64,000 nucleotides of DNA from Octopus vulgaris (taxonomy: Eukaryota): contig OX597816.1 in NCBI GenBank assembly GCA_951406725.2, forward strand, positions 56,048,001-56,112,000, written 5' to 3'. Shown here piece by piece: positions 1 through 13,150 of the stretch (the stretch's first letter is position 1; each line of letters starts with the position of its first letter). Both the position numbers and the translations under genes were made by a program. The notes beneath the pieces are model-generated. The model searched no databases, was not told the DNA's origin, and worked only from the letters and a program-made list of their open reading frames with translations.

Positions 1-210
1 AATCTTGAGAAGTACATGGAACAAATAGGGGCTGCAATAAGGGTGGAGAACTTGCAGAAAACAGCACTGCTTGGAACCGCTCGAATACACCGGAAGGAGC
101 TCAAAAAATAAGACGTTTTTACCTTAGTTCACTGGTAGTGAACGGCTGACACTGTAGTACAACTCCAGCGTTAGAAGCTGTGCAAAGGCAATCATAAAAA
201 TAATAATGAT
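1..210 (+). mobile_element. 3' end of an R4/Dong-like (RLE-type) non-LTR retrotransposon, family B
   Basis: Frame 1 reads NLEKYMEQIGAAIRVENLQKTALLGTARIHRKELKK* (stop 109-111), the typical R4-clade C-terminus (compare IQKIALLGTAHILRR in the 50737 ORF). A short 3' UTR and a TAA-rich tail follow. Homologous to 48390-48665 on the minus strand. Confidence 0.8.
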
Positions 211-219
211 AGTTATAAT

Positions 220-852
220 AAACAAAAACTAAACAAAAAGATATAGACAAAGCAATATCTCAACAGTGGCAGAGAAACCCAAGACTGAAAGCAGAGAGTG
301 AAGGATTTTTAATTGCAGCACAAGACCAAAGCCTTCTCATCAGAAATTACTAAAAACATGTAATGAAAAGAAATACTGCAGAATATGGGGAGATGGAGAA
401 GAAACAATAAATGATATTATCTCTGACTTCCCAGTCCTGGCTAATAAGGAATATATTCACAGACACGACAGATTTGGGACCTATATACACTGGAAGCTAT
501 GCCAACACTATGGAATAACATGCCAACACTATGGAATAACAACAGAAAAAAGATGGTATAAACACACGCCAGAAAAGATCACAGAACAAGAGAAAGCAAC
601 CATACTATGGGATATGCCAATACACACATAGAGAAATTAAGGCCAATAGGCCGGATATAGTTGTCAGAGATCATGAAGAAAAGGAAATGTTTTCTAATTG
701 ATGTATCAACACCAACAGATGACAATGTTTCTCTAAAAGAAACGAAGAAACTTTCAAAATATAAAGACCTGGAAACAGAGGTAACTCGAATGTGGAGTCT
801 GAAAACAGAAATTATTCCTATAATGGTAGGCCATTAGGTATGAGAGAAAAAT
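220..852 (+). mobile_element. Degraded R4/Dong-like LINE fragment, family A (zinc knuckle/RLE region)
   Basis: Close nucleotide match to the reverse complement of about 50870-51470 (AAQDQS, HRHDR, RPDIVVRDHEEK, KYKDLE motifs), with frameshifts. Truncated by the SINE at 853. Confidence 0.85.
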
Positions 853-1018
853 AGGCGCAGGAGTGGCTGTGTGGTAAGTAGCTTGTTTACCAACCACATG
901 GTTCCGGGTTCAGTCCCACTGCTTGTCACCTTGGGCAAGTGTCTTCTACTATAGCCTCGGGCTGACCAAAGCCTTGTGAGTGAATTTGGTAGACGGAAAC
1001 TGAAAGAAGCCCGTCGTA

Positions 1019-1102
<84 letters not shown>

Positions 1103-1318
1103 TGTGTCTGTGTTTGTCCCCCTAGCATTGCTTGACAACCGATGCTGGTGTGTTTATGTTCCCGTCACTTAGCGGTTCGGCGAAAGAGACCGATTGAATA
1201 AGTACTGGCCTTACAAAGAATAAGTTCCGGGGTTGAGTTGCTCGATTAAAGGCGGTGCTCCAGCATGACCGCAGTCAACTGACTGAAACAAGTAAAAGAG
1301 TAAAGAGTAAAGAGTAAA
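853..1318 (+). mobile_element. tRNA-derived SINE family 1, full length, with internal (TA)n(TG)n and (AAAGAGT)n tail
   Basis: A-box-like GTGGCTGTGTGG, B-box-like GGTTCAGTCCC, ACCTTGGGCAAGT core. Recurs at 23010, 32558(-), 38981(-), 4905(-) and as partial copies. Confidence 0.85.
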
Positions 1319-1549
1319 TACATAAGAAAAATACCAGGACTTACAAGTATATATAACAGAAAAATATAGCACTACTAGGCAGCGCACACATCCTACATAA
1401 AACACTTTCAATACAGTAAAAATGAGGATATCACAACAGACTTACAGCACATACCCAAGACACATAGAGCTGCGCTTGGCAGTGTAGTGAAAGCGCGTGA
1501 TAAACATAAGACTGCTGAATATAACAATAACAATAAGCCTACTTTCTTT

Positions 1550-2395
1550 ATTTAATCACTTCGGGTTCACAAAATGCATTTGGGGATGATAGAGTAGAAT
1601 GGAATCTGGTGTCGCAAAAGTGCAAAAAGCAAAAACTACAAAAGTATAAATTTTAACAATGCATAAGTACCGAAAGGAGGGAGTCTTCCTAGGGCTGGTC
1701 GTGGAAACTCCACAAACCTATTGAGGCCCTGACCACTAGGGCAAGTCCCCTCTCCACATCATCTACAGCTGCAGGCCTGCCATATTCACCCGCCCTTTAA
1801 CAAAATTGCTAGGAGACACCCCTCACTGTAGCCCCACTTTCTATTACGACTGAAACTAGAAAATGTTGATGAGGGCTTGGCTAAATAGAGGTGTGACTTC
1901 ATCCCTTTCAATCTGGCCCACGACACAACGTCTTTTGCTACAGCCACCACACAAACAAAGACTGCCTGCCCTTCCCGGCCAATCAAAGGCGGTTGGACGA
2001 TCTTCAAAATGGACTCAGCCGATGGCTAGATTCATCCTACAAGTGACAGCAAGTTAGACATAAACCCACAAGTCAGCAATACTCAGGTACTGGATGAGAG
2101 GGTGCAGTACAGTTTCTTCACGCAGTGCATGTCTCGGGCAAGCCCGTCTGACGGCACTTCCATATCTGTAGACTTTATCCCGAACCTGAAATGTTCCCTG
2201 GTAGCATTGCTAGGCCAAGGATTTCAGGCAATTATCCATAGGTTCCAGTCCGAAAGTTCTCCGGAACAGACCAACCAATTGATTTTCGTCGACGCCCAGA
2301 GTCTTCCCTTGAACGTCATTTTACTTTGCGCTACTAACCCTCCATAGAACACCTGAATGGAATTTCCACCAATCGCGTTGTCCTACGTTTTGGAG
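1550..2395 (-). mobile_element. Degraded L1/Tx1-like LINE 3' fragment
   Basis: Broken minus-strand frames give a zf-RVT-like stretch (..VRDKVYRYGSAVRRACP..EETVLHPL..LW..) followed by a hydrophobic C-terminal helix. Family assignment is by resemblance only. Confidence 0.45.
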
Positions 2396-2404
2396 GGAGA
2401 GGGA

Positions 2405-2545
2405 TTGTGAACCCCATTGCCCAACTGGTACTTATTTCATAGACCCTTAAAGGATGATAGGCAAAGCTGACCTGGCGAAATTTGAACTCAGGACTTAGAC
2501 AGACGAAATGCCCAGCTTTCTAACGATACGGCCTGCTCACGCTGA
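2405..2545 (-). mobile_element. SINE family 2 copy (degraded)
   Basis: Matches the 9880-10119 copy (ACTGGTACTTATTT..GACCC..AAGGATGA.AGGCAAAG on +). Confidence 0.7.
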
Positions 2546-3179
2546 TAGTAATGTTAGTGATATAATTAGACTTTGAAGCTCCTTACTCCTGCACCGAAGC
2601 ATCGATGCAGCTATATCAGGGCAACATGATTTAAATCCAAGATAAACCATATAAGACTATGACAATTAGCAATAGCGGAATGTAAGTAAATGAATGAGAA
2701 GACCGGGACTTGAGGATAGTCTTAACGACTGAGATGCGACTGTAATCGTTAATTAATAATAATAATTAATAATAATCTATTCAATGAACAGTGTCAATCT
2801 ATATCTCGTAACGCGCTCTTCATTCTGCGTATTATTATTTGGTGGTGCGCTGACAGAACAAACTCGCTAGAATCCATGATGAGAAGTATCAACTGGGTGC
2901 TGTCATTAAAAAACCTTTCTGAATGACTTCATTTAGAGTGAAACATAAGATTAACAACCACACAGTAAACTAAACAGTGAGTGCAGTTCTATCAATTTTG
3001 TTTGATATTTAGCTCGTTTGTTTATATTTCTCCATCAGCCCTTATCTCTTCTGACCTCTACTGTCATCATTGACACCCTTCTGAGTCGTGATTGTTTTTC
3101 AAATCCGCTTCCCGCTTTCACATATTTCCTTCTTTCAAAACAATATTCTGATTGAGTCAAAATATAAAAGTAATTCAGC

Positions 3180-4729
3180 ATGGTTTCAGTTCGTCTACTG
3201 ACTGGCTGCTTCAACAATGCCAGTGTCCACCTGTCTATAGTCATTATTTACATACTGTTTGGCATTCTCTGGAACTTTCACCGCTGTCAAGCAGCTGATA
3301 CATTCGTCCACACCACAAATGGATACATTCGAGGAATTTACAATGCCTCCACAAATGTCACAGAATTCCGAGCGATTCCTTACGCCAAGAAACCAATCGG
3401 TAAATTACGTTTTGTCCCTCCAGTTCTTGCTGAATCTTGGACTGGAGTTTACGATGCCACAAAATATTCTGCAGCTTGCATGCAGCGAACACATTCTGAT
3501 CCCAACAGTAGACCAGAAAGAATGTCAGAAGATTGCCTCTATTTAAACCTATACATACCTGGTATGGTCACCTCCCAGTCTACGAACTTGACATCGTTGT
3601 CAGAGAAACCAGTTATGGTTTGGATTCACAGCGGCGGTTTTATGTTTGGACAAATTAACAATATAGACTTTACGTTTCTTTGCCGCCAAAGCAATATTAT
3701 CATAGCCGCTATGGCCTATAGATTAGACATATTTGGATTTTTGAGCTTTCACAACAAACTGTTGCCGGGAAATGCAGGTCTATTAGATCAGAACATGGCC
3801 ATTAATTGGGTAAAGGATAATATCGAACGATTTGGAGGAGATCCGTCTAAAATAACACTGTATGGAGAATCTTCAGGGGCTTCTAGTATATTTTATCATA
3901 TAGCAAGTCCACACACCGAGGGGCTATTTCAACGAGCAATCATCGGAAGTGGTTCCTTCATTCAAGGTAAAGACCAGCATAAAGTAATTCTCAAAGCTCT
4001 TACCATGGTTGATTGTGCAAAAATACCTGTTCTAAAGATCACAGACTTTTCGACATTAACAACACCACAAAATATGGTTTTATTAGACTGTTTCCAGAAT
4101 CAAACTACAGAGCGACTCGTCAACATCACTCAGACGTTTCCTAAATATACATTTGTTCCAGTTGTGGATAATAATTATGTACCTCACAAATTAAAATATA
4201 CATTTCATCACAATTCTAAACAGAAAAGAAATATTCACTGTTTAGTTGGAATAAATAAAGATGGCTTCCCTGTAAAATTTACAAAAAATATTAACAGCCG
4301 ACAACTGTTCGATAGGAGTCTCAAGTCATTGAATAGAATGCGTTCACTTGAAGATCATGTTATAGTTAATGATGACAACCTGTTTCAAACTAGTAGCTCT
4401 AACATCTACGCAAAAGCGGCGGTTCTATCCAAATATCTCCCAGAAGATGATTCCTATAGAAGGGCACTGCTGGATGCCTACAATGGAAAATACTCAACTT
4501 TAATCCAAAGATTATTACTCAAATTAACTGAGTCGCAGATATATTTCTATTATTTTACTCCGAGACCATCGTTTGCACGAAAAGACGCCATCATGGCGGC
4601 TTCATATACGGACGAACTTCCATTTGTTTTCGGTAACGCCGTCATAGATGACGAATTAAGGGCAACAGAAGACGAAAAGAAACTAAGCGTTGACATAATG
4701 AACGCCTGGGGAACTTTTGTTTCTTTTGG
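3180..4729 (+). CDS. Coding exon 1 of a carboxylesterase/cholinesterase-fold type I membrane protein (neuroligin/CLAM-like, probably non-catalytic)
   Basis: Signal-peptide-like N-terminus; type-B esterase motifs FRAIPYA, SEDCLYLN, PVMVWIHSGGF, YRLDIFGFL, GNAGLLDQ, FGGDPSKITLYGESSG, DELPFVFG, WGTF. Strong donor GG|GTGAGT at 4730 (phase 2). Confidence 0.93.
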
Positions 4730-4904
4730 GTGAGTAAGATATCTTTGTATTTCCGAATGTTTTGCTTTTATGCCCAGAGGTCTTATTTTCAATACAATAT
4801 CGTACAATAAGATTAAATATTAGAACAACCAGTTTCTCCGTCTGGTCAAGACTTACGTATGTAGGCCTTTCGGCTTATTTACACTGGACATTCTTATTTT
4901 TACC

Positions 4905-5270
4905 TTTTACTTGATTCAGTCATTAGACTGTGACCATTGTGCAGCACTGTCCTGGAGGACTTTTTCCTGAATGTATCTACCCCAGCATTTATGTTTTTAA
5001 GCCTGGTATTTATTCAACGCTAAGTTACGGGGACGTAAACACACCAACACCGGTTGTCAAGCAGTTGTGGGGGAAAAATACTGGCATAAAGACACATTCA
5101 GGTACACACACACACACACATATAGCGGGGTTCTTTCAGCTGTCATTTATCAAATCCACTCAGAAGAGTGTAGCTAAAGACACATGCCCAAAATGCCATA
5201 CAGGTCGGACTGACTCCGAAATCTTGTGGTTAGTGTTGCGAAGCAGACTTCTTACCAACGCCGCCCCGCC
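4905..5270 (-). mobile_element. SINE family 1 copy (diverged)
   Basis: Reverse complement matches 853-1318 including the internal dinucleotide array. Confidence 0.75.
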
Positions 5271-5517
5271 GACGCTTTCGTATTTGTGCTTTCCTCAATT
5301 CCCCAACGCCCTCGTGCATTACTATACACTAATGTGGACCTCATATTGTTCTGTTGTTGTTGTTGTTGTTGTTAATGTCCTATAAAAGTAATGTTTGACA
5401 CGTATCAGAATTCATTTTAAAGTACGGTGGGGAATTGAGAAAATATAGCACTAAGGCATAGACTTCGCTGTATGGTCTGGGGTTTGAATCCCACATCCAT
5501 ATATATATATATAAATT

Positions 5518-5594
<77 letters not shown>

Positions 5595-5868
5595 GAAATA
5601 TATTGCAAAAATATAAAATTCACGTGGAAATGTAAGGTGAAAATAAGAAAAATCAGCGAAAATCTATATTGTAAATAAAAAAAAGAAAAGGCATTTTTAT
5701 GACAATTAACGACAAATATATACATTTAGATGGACTGAGGTAGTAATAAGAGTCATAAAAGTCATTATTATGAGATGATTATAAGATGATAATAAAGTCG
5801 TATGTATTATGTATGTGTATATATAAATATACATTACAATATGATAGATCAGGAGAAGAGCACACACT

Positions 5869-5909
<41 letters not shown>

Positions 5910-5972
5910 GTGTGTGTGTGTGTATACATACACAAACACAGAAACGACAGCATCGCAACACAAATATATATG

Positions 5973-6027
<55 letters not shown>

Positions 6028-6069
6028 ATGTGTGTGTGTGTGTATGTGCGTGTGTGTGTATGTATGTAT

Positions 6070-6275
6070 ATGTTTGTGTGCCTGTTTCTCACCATTGCTT
6101 GACAACCGATTTTGGTATGTCTATGGTCCCGTAACTTATCTGTTCGGGAAAAGATATCGATAGAATAAGTACTACGCTTACAGAGAATAAGTCCTGCCGT
6201 TGATCTTTTCGACTAAAAGTGATACTCCAGCATGGCCACAATCAAATGACTGAAAAAATGAAAGAATAAAAGAAT
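6070..6275 (+). mobile_element. SINE family 1, 3' half
   Basis: TTGCTTGACAACCGAT..GAATAAGTACT..CTCCAGCATGGCC..AAATGACTGAAA shared with the other copies. Confidence 0.75.
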
Positions 6276-6290
6276 ATATATATATATATA

Positions 6291-6664
6291 TCTTTATATA
6301 TAAAAGAGAGGTTGTGTGCTGTCTGTCTCCTACGATTTAGATTCCTAACTACTCCCACATTTTGCGTATCTTATAGTCGTGATTCATATCGAGCCCTTCT
6401 GGGTATTAGCGCGTGTCTACGATGAGTCTACGATTAAAAAAAACAATTACCATCAATTTTTCACATTTTTAATGCATCATTGGCATATATAAGGGAAGTA
6501 ACTCTCTAAAAATTTATTATTAAATCTCAGAACGTAAAAAGCTACAGTAACACCCCACCTTTGTGGTTAGCCATATTGAGATGGCTATTATACTTTACAT
6601 CTCTAAAAATGCTTATATAGTTATTTCCCTTACAAACCCGAGCAACGCCGGGCGATACTGCTAG
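6291..6664 (+). mobile_element. Non-autonomous Helitron
   Basis: 5' TC (A|TCTTTATATATAAAAG), subterminal hairpin CCCG-AGCAACGC-CGGG (6637-6652), 3' CTAG|T. Inserted between A and T in a (TA)n array with no TSD. Confidence 0.85.
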
Positions 6665-7217
6665 TATATATATATATATATATATATCTGTGTGTGTGGG
6701 CATATATTATATATCTATACGTGTGTGTGTGTGTCTGTGTGTGTAGGTATATATGTATTAAAACAGTTATGTGTATATAGATAGATAGATACATAGATAT
6801 GTATGCATGTATGTATGTACACGCACACGCGCACACACGCACACTTACACACTCATGCATACACATATATCCACACACGCACACCCTCACGCACTCATAA
6901 ACACATATACACATACTCGTATGCATGGATACACCCACACACACACACACACTAATACGCACATACACATACATGTACGCCTTTACACACACGACCTTGT
7001 ACATACTCATAAACACATATATACACACACGCACTTTTACGCACATATACGCACATTGTCACATCCGCATACGCACACACGCAAGTACATACGCACCCAA
7101 TGTTTACCTCGTCTCTTGCCTCTCACCACCAAATGGAACGGCGGCCACTAAACTATTTGTTTATGCACACATAACTCTCATAAGCACAAAAACACACGCA
7201 CGCAATTACTACCGCAT

Positions 7218-7253
<36 letters not shown>

Positions 7254-7662
7254 CACTACCGCATAAACACACACACACACACACACACACATACACAAAC
7301 ACAGTTCCTCTTCGCACTCTTCTGTCCCAGAAAACTGCTTTACCTATCCCTTTCCACGTGCGGTCACTTCAGCGATGTAACTACACACGTGCTGTTGATG
7401 CTATTTTCCCCCTCTGGACATTCCCGCTTTCCTTTATGATAGAGGGTGAAATGTGGAGGCCTCAAAAACCTTCTCTTTGTACCACTTTATCGAGCGTCAA
7501 CCTAATTCATTCCATGTGCTCGTTCTCTTGTTGTTTGGTGGTTATTTTTAGTGCTCTATTGTTCGATTTTACTATGTATGTATTTAAACAATTTGTGATC
7601 TTTCGTCTTGACACGCATGCTTGTCATTATTGTTCGTTAACTTCGGGAAAATTATTTTTATT

Positions 7663-7898
7663 TAAAGTGGTGGTATGTTGTCAAATTAATGTGACAGGGA
7701 AGAATTCTACTGCTATTTAGCTCTGGGATGCATCGCTTCCAGTCGGCCTTGACATATTTCCTGTGCCCTTTGCAAACATAAGGACACAGGAAATGTGTCG
7801 AGGCCGACAGCAAGCGGTGCTTCCTAGGGCTAAATAGCAGTAGTATTCTTCCCTTTCATGGGACTGTCACATTAAGTTGACAACATACCATGACTTTA
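7663..7898. repeat. Long imperfect inverted repeat (foldback), about 108-bp left arm and 9-nt loop
   Basis: Arm 7663-7770 pairs with 7780-7898; the right arm has an insertion of about 10 nt. Confidence 0.9.
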
Positions 7899-8268
7899 TC
7901 GTGTTACTACTGTACAAATCTCTCTGAGAGATTTAGAAATGTTTTATTTCTATTTTTATTTATCGTGAAGTATATTTGCCACCTAAATGTGGTTAACCCT
8001 TAAGGGTCGATGCTACTGTAGCTTGTAGCCACAGGAAGACACCTCTTCCAGCTGGTTATTGACACACTATCTGTGTCCTATCAGTATTTGCAAAGGGAAG
8101 TCATCGTTCCCATCTCCAGCCTGACGTGATACACACGGACCCGGGTTTCAGAGTATTGACCCGTCATTTGTGTGTGAAAACTACAGGTTGGCGATGGCAA
8201 GTGAAAGAGGAGAGAGTGAATGATGTATGTACGTGTATATGAAATGGGCGTGTGTGTATGTGTGTGTG

Positions 8269-8308
<40 letters not shown>

Positions 8309-8428
8309 TGCGTGTGTGAAGGTGTGTGTTGTCATGTATATGTACATACATAAATACATATGCATACATCTTGTTTGTACTACGTATGTGTGTGCGTGTG
8401 TGAGACAGAGAGGGATGTCTAAGTAGCA

Positions 8429-8468
<40 letters not shown>

Positions 8469-9537
8469 AGCACACATTCACACACATACACGTCCATTTC
8501 ATATACACATACATACATCTTTCACTTTCTCCGCGCTTTCATTTTAAAACAAAAGTAAATAAATTTTTTTAATATTTTACAGAAATTAACGAACCTTCTT
8601 ATGGTCCCATATCATCGAATTTTGACAGTTCTGAGAGGTTATACTGATTGATGTATATGAATTATAGTATTCCGATGAAAACTGAAGTCTGAGAAGCATA
8701 TGTAACACTGCATCTAAAACCAAATGGGATGGTAATAGCGGGAACCCCTTTTTTTATTGATGTTGATATGAGAAAACCAACACCATTTAGCAAGCAGTCC
8801 AACATCTCCTGTTTTTACCCCCACATTGTTACATCTAACGACCACTCTACCCACATTTACAAACGTCTATACATTATTGCCGCATCAACCGGTATTTTCC
8901 TAGCCACCGTGGGCCTTTTACAGGTAACTTCCATCTCATCAACGTGGTGGAGTGTGGTGCATTAGAAAGAGATGTGCTCGTCTCTTCCTGTTGATTAGTT
9001 GTTAAAATATAGGCAAAAATAGTTAAGAGTTGTTTTAAAGGGTAAATATTGTCCTTTATACTTCAAACATCATTGGTAATGCATGGAAATAGACCGTGCG
9101 CACGATAATTATCATTTGACTTTTACCAAACAATTTGATGTAGTTTATCTAAAATGATGAAAGAAATACAAATGTTCGAAAGAAATATATTGATTACGTT
9201 AAAGTATAATTAAATAAGACAAGTTTCTCATTTGTATGTTTCCAATAAATATATGCTGTCATTTTTCAACATTGTATAAACATGGTCGCAATCTTTTCCA
9301 TCGAAAACCTATCTCTGCAAATATATATATATTTTTTTGAAAGTATGTATTTTTCAGAAAGTAATAAGACACTCATATTGAACTCATTAACTCCCCTTTC
9401 GGTCTCTCTCACTCTCTCTCTCTCGCTCTCTCTCTCTCTATCTCTCTCTCCCTTTCTCTCTTTCTCTATGTATCTATATTTATCTCTCCCTTTCTCTCTG
9501 CTATACACTTTCACCCTCACGTTATATATACACATAC

Positions 9538-9579
<42 letters not shown>

Positions 9580-9879
9580 GTATACGTATCATTTAATGTT
9601 CCCAGTATAAAGATGGACCTACTAATAGCTTCTTGCTTTGGAGGCACAAGGCGGGTAATAAAAACCTGCCTAGACAGATGTCTCCAGATCAAAAATATAT
9701 TAATGGCACCTAATTAAACAGTGTGCACATTAAATGAGATTTATGACTCACTTGTTGGAATATATTTAGTTCATCTTGCGTGTATGAATTTGTCTGTATA
9801 CTTGTACAAGGGGTTGCTGAAAATTTCCATTTTGTATTAAAGTCTCATGTCTTTCTACAGAGACTATAAGAACCCGTAA

Positions 9880-10119
9880 ATACCTATTTCTTTATTACCC
9901 ACAAGGGGCTAAACACAGAGGGGACAAACAAGGACAGACATAGGTATTAAGTCGATTACATCGACCCCAGTGCGTAACTGGTACTTAATTTAATCGACCC
10001 CGAAAGGATGAAAGGCAAAGTCGACCTCGGCGGAATTTGAACAAAGAACGTAACGACAGACGAAATACGGCTACGCATTTCGCCCGGCGTGCTAACGTTT
10101 CTGCCAGCTCGCTGCCTTT
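9880..10119 (-). mobile_element. tRNA-related SINE family 2, full length
   Basis: Minus strand GGCAGCGAGCTGGCAGAAACGTTAGCA..GTTCAAATTCCGCCGAGGTCGACTTTGCCTTTCATCCTTTCGGGGTCGAT..AAGTACCAG. Repeated at 20128, 24215, 25648, 30436, 32996, 48175. Confidence 0.85.
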
Positions 10120-13119
10120 TAGAACTCGTAAATATCGTCTATAGATCTCCATTAGGGAGTTCTCTCTGTCCTTTATTCACATGATTTCAACCGTCAACTA
10201 TCAATCATTTTCCCCCTTATGCTTTATTTGGCCAACCTACTCGTATTCAAAGTGAGCACAGATCCTTTCTCCGAGTATCACATTTTATTGTTTCTTTAAT
10301 GTAGCAGCAATATACTCCAGTGGATGTGTCACTCCTGCCGTTAAAAACTCGCCATGGGGCGAAGATTAGTGTACCGTAACCGATTCTAAGAGAGTGAAAC
10401 GAAAACAAATGAATCGAACCCAAAAGTTGGCTGGTAGTTTATTTATCGATCGCGACAAAGTTGAGCTTAGAAGTATTTAAACTGAGAATACAAAGAACGA
10501 TAGTTGTTAACGCAAAGGTTGTAGTGGACACGATTCTGTCACTGGACCGCCTTGCAAACTAAACGCCACTCTGAAAGGAAATTAAATTTAATGCAAAGTT
10601 GATCTGTTTTAAAAGCGAGACAGGAACGCCTGATGTGCTTCTTCTCTATCATTGTCGTGTATTTTATTATGAAGTAAATTCAAGGACAAACAGAAACCAC
10701 AGTAGTTTTTTCCGTTTCACACCCATGTCTCTTAAAGCTCTACAATTGATTATAGTCGATTGGAGTGGTAGAGTAAATTTTGCAATTTTCATAGATACAC
10801 AAATGCAAATGAGCCAAGTGAGATAGCTTCTTGTATGATTCGTCTCTGTATTGCTTAACTTTGTATTTGTTTGGAATCATACCAATATTGACTAATCAGA
10901 CCAATCAAAACATCCCAGCTGCAATCATTCCAATGTTTTAAGAGGTGTTTACGATTATGTTGTGTTTTCCAAAAATAAAATGGTAGTATGTTTCGTTTAA
11001 GGAAATGTAGCTGCTATTTTTAGCAATCTAGCGCCAGCAACATCATGGTTCCATCGTTGTTTCCTTGGTATTGTGATTCCTGCTATTATTTGAATTACTA
11101 CACATTGAGGTATTTCGTTTAATTTTAGTAATGGGTGTTCTTGTCAGGAAAAGTAGAAGTAATTTTGTTTCTTCTGAATTAAGTTTCTAGTCCTACACGT
11201 ATTTGTTTTACTTTTAATCTTGGAGACGATTTAAGCACGAAATTTAATTTTAAGAATGTTTTTCATCGAATACTTTGTGGCATGTTATGAAAGTATCTCC
11301 GTCTCCAATCACTCTGGTTATGAAATATTCTTCGTGTTTTTGCGGAATCTGGCATGTCTATGAACAATAGAAGGCTACAGATACTGTTTTCTAACAAGGA
11401 TGCTTTTCATTTCATGGTCGACCGTTCGCAAGATTTTGACATGCTATTATGTTCTCATTTCTAAGAACTCAATTTCCGTTTTGAAATTTTCTAACGAAAG
11501 TTGCTTTCGCCAAATTATTTCTTTACTATGAAATATTTGGAGTTATACTAGTGTTGGCAGCCATTCTTTCACGACTTTTTTTCCCGTTTTCGATGCAATC
11601 CAAAGTTTGTTTTTATTTTTATCTATTTATATTTTTCGAATAATTTTCTTCTATAAAGCTGTGATACCAAATTTTGTTTTCTCTCACTTGATATGTTGTA
11701 AGATTTTAGCTCATTCTCTTGGAGAATATTATTAAGTTTTTGCGAAGATTTTAGATAATGTAGACTATTTTTTATTCAGCGTCATTTTATGAAACGTCGT
11801 TTACTATATTTTATCATTAGAGCAGCAGATATAGTTTCAGTTCCTTCAATGTTGTAATTATCTTCGATATTTCGATTCCAATTAACTTTATTTCCTCTTT
11901 GATTTGCTATAAACATGAATATTCTGTCTTCGAGATTGTTTTGTTGAAAAACAAGACCGTCTTTGGGTTGTTCTTTGTGTTTTTCCAGTTTCTTTTTTAT
12001 TTGTATGTCTATGATCAATGAAAGGATATTGATACTTTTTGTGCGAAGAATGATTTTATATTTTATTTTAGTTTATAATTGAACCTTTCCAAATTTTGGC
12101 ATGCTGTTAAGTTCTTCAGAAGCTAATTTCCATTTTGAAATTTTCTAATGAAATTGTCGAAATAAAGTTATTAAAACGCAATCATTTCCAATAATAATTA
12201 GAGAATATATTTATAATGTTTAAAATGCGAAACTTTTAAAGATAAAAAATATACTGTCTCGAGATTTTCAATTTAAAGGATGAAAACAGAGAATTTCACA
12301 AAGTTAATCGAACATACGATTAAATGCATTCCAACCGTGACTATTACAACATTTACCTTAGTTATAGCTTATCCACGAGGATATTGTCAATCTAGCCGTC
12401 TTTTGTAGGTTATGATTTGTAAACTTTATATATAATAGAATTTTTGGCAGCAGAAGCAGATTTTCAAATTGTCAGGAGATACAAGAGGAAAATTTCTGGC
12501 GAATTCTGACCATTATCTCCTGATAAGAAGCAGCATTAATGAACACCAAGCAAATATCAGCGCCTGACCAAATAAATAATTGCTAAAATCGCGTGGACGA
12601 TATTAGTGAAAATTATGTTTCGCACCCAATAAAGCTAATATATTTCAAAACATCTTTCTAACCATAAAAATATGAATATTTTAAACATAACCGGAATAAT
12701 TAAAATAATCAAAGACACATTTCAAGTTTCTCTAAGACCATTACTATTCAGTATTTATACCTGTACCTATGTATATATGTATGAATGTATGAATGTGTGT
12801 ATCTATATGTATATAAAAGAAAACATATATATAAATGTGCGCTTTTAATGTATGTGTGAGTGTGTACGCGTATATATAAAGTATAGAAGAGAAGATGGTT
12901 TGAAAATATTGACATATAATGTCTTTATACACGTTTCATTGACAATCACAAAACAATTTTCGAAGACTAACCTTACGTAAATTTATAAGCCATGACTTCA
13001 TTAGAGTTTGGTAAACTAATGAAATTATTCATTCATTAAACAAATATATATATATATATACAAAATATATAAATATATATAAAAGTTATATTATTAGTAT
13101 TAATATTGTAAAAAAAGTA

Positions 13120-13150
<31 letters not shown>

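Noticed and set aside
499-542. Short direct repeat ATGCCAACACTATGGAATAAC x2 as a CRISPR-like unit
   Set aside because: A simple tandem duplication inside a LINE fragment, with no spacers or cas genes in a eukaryotic context.
3180-4733. Single-exon 517-aa esterase ending at TGA 4733
   Set aside because: The TGA lies inside the donor GTGAGT; the missing C-terminal motifs are found in phase at 35003.
5417-7266. Many ORFs of YIYI, HTHT or CVCV type here and throughout the window
   Set aside because: Translations of (TA)n, (CA)n and (CATA)n microsatellites, not genes.
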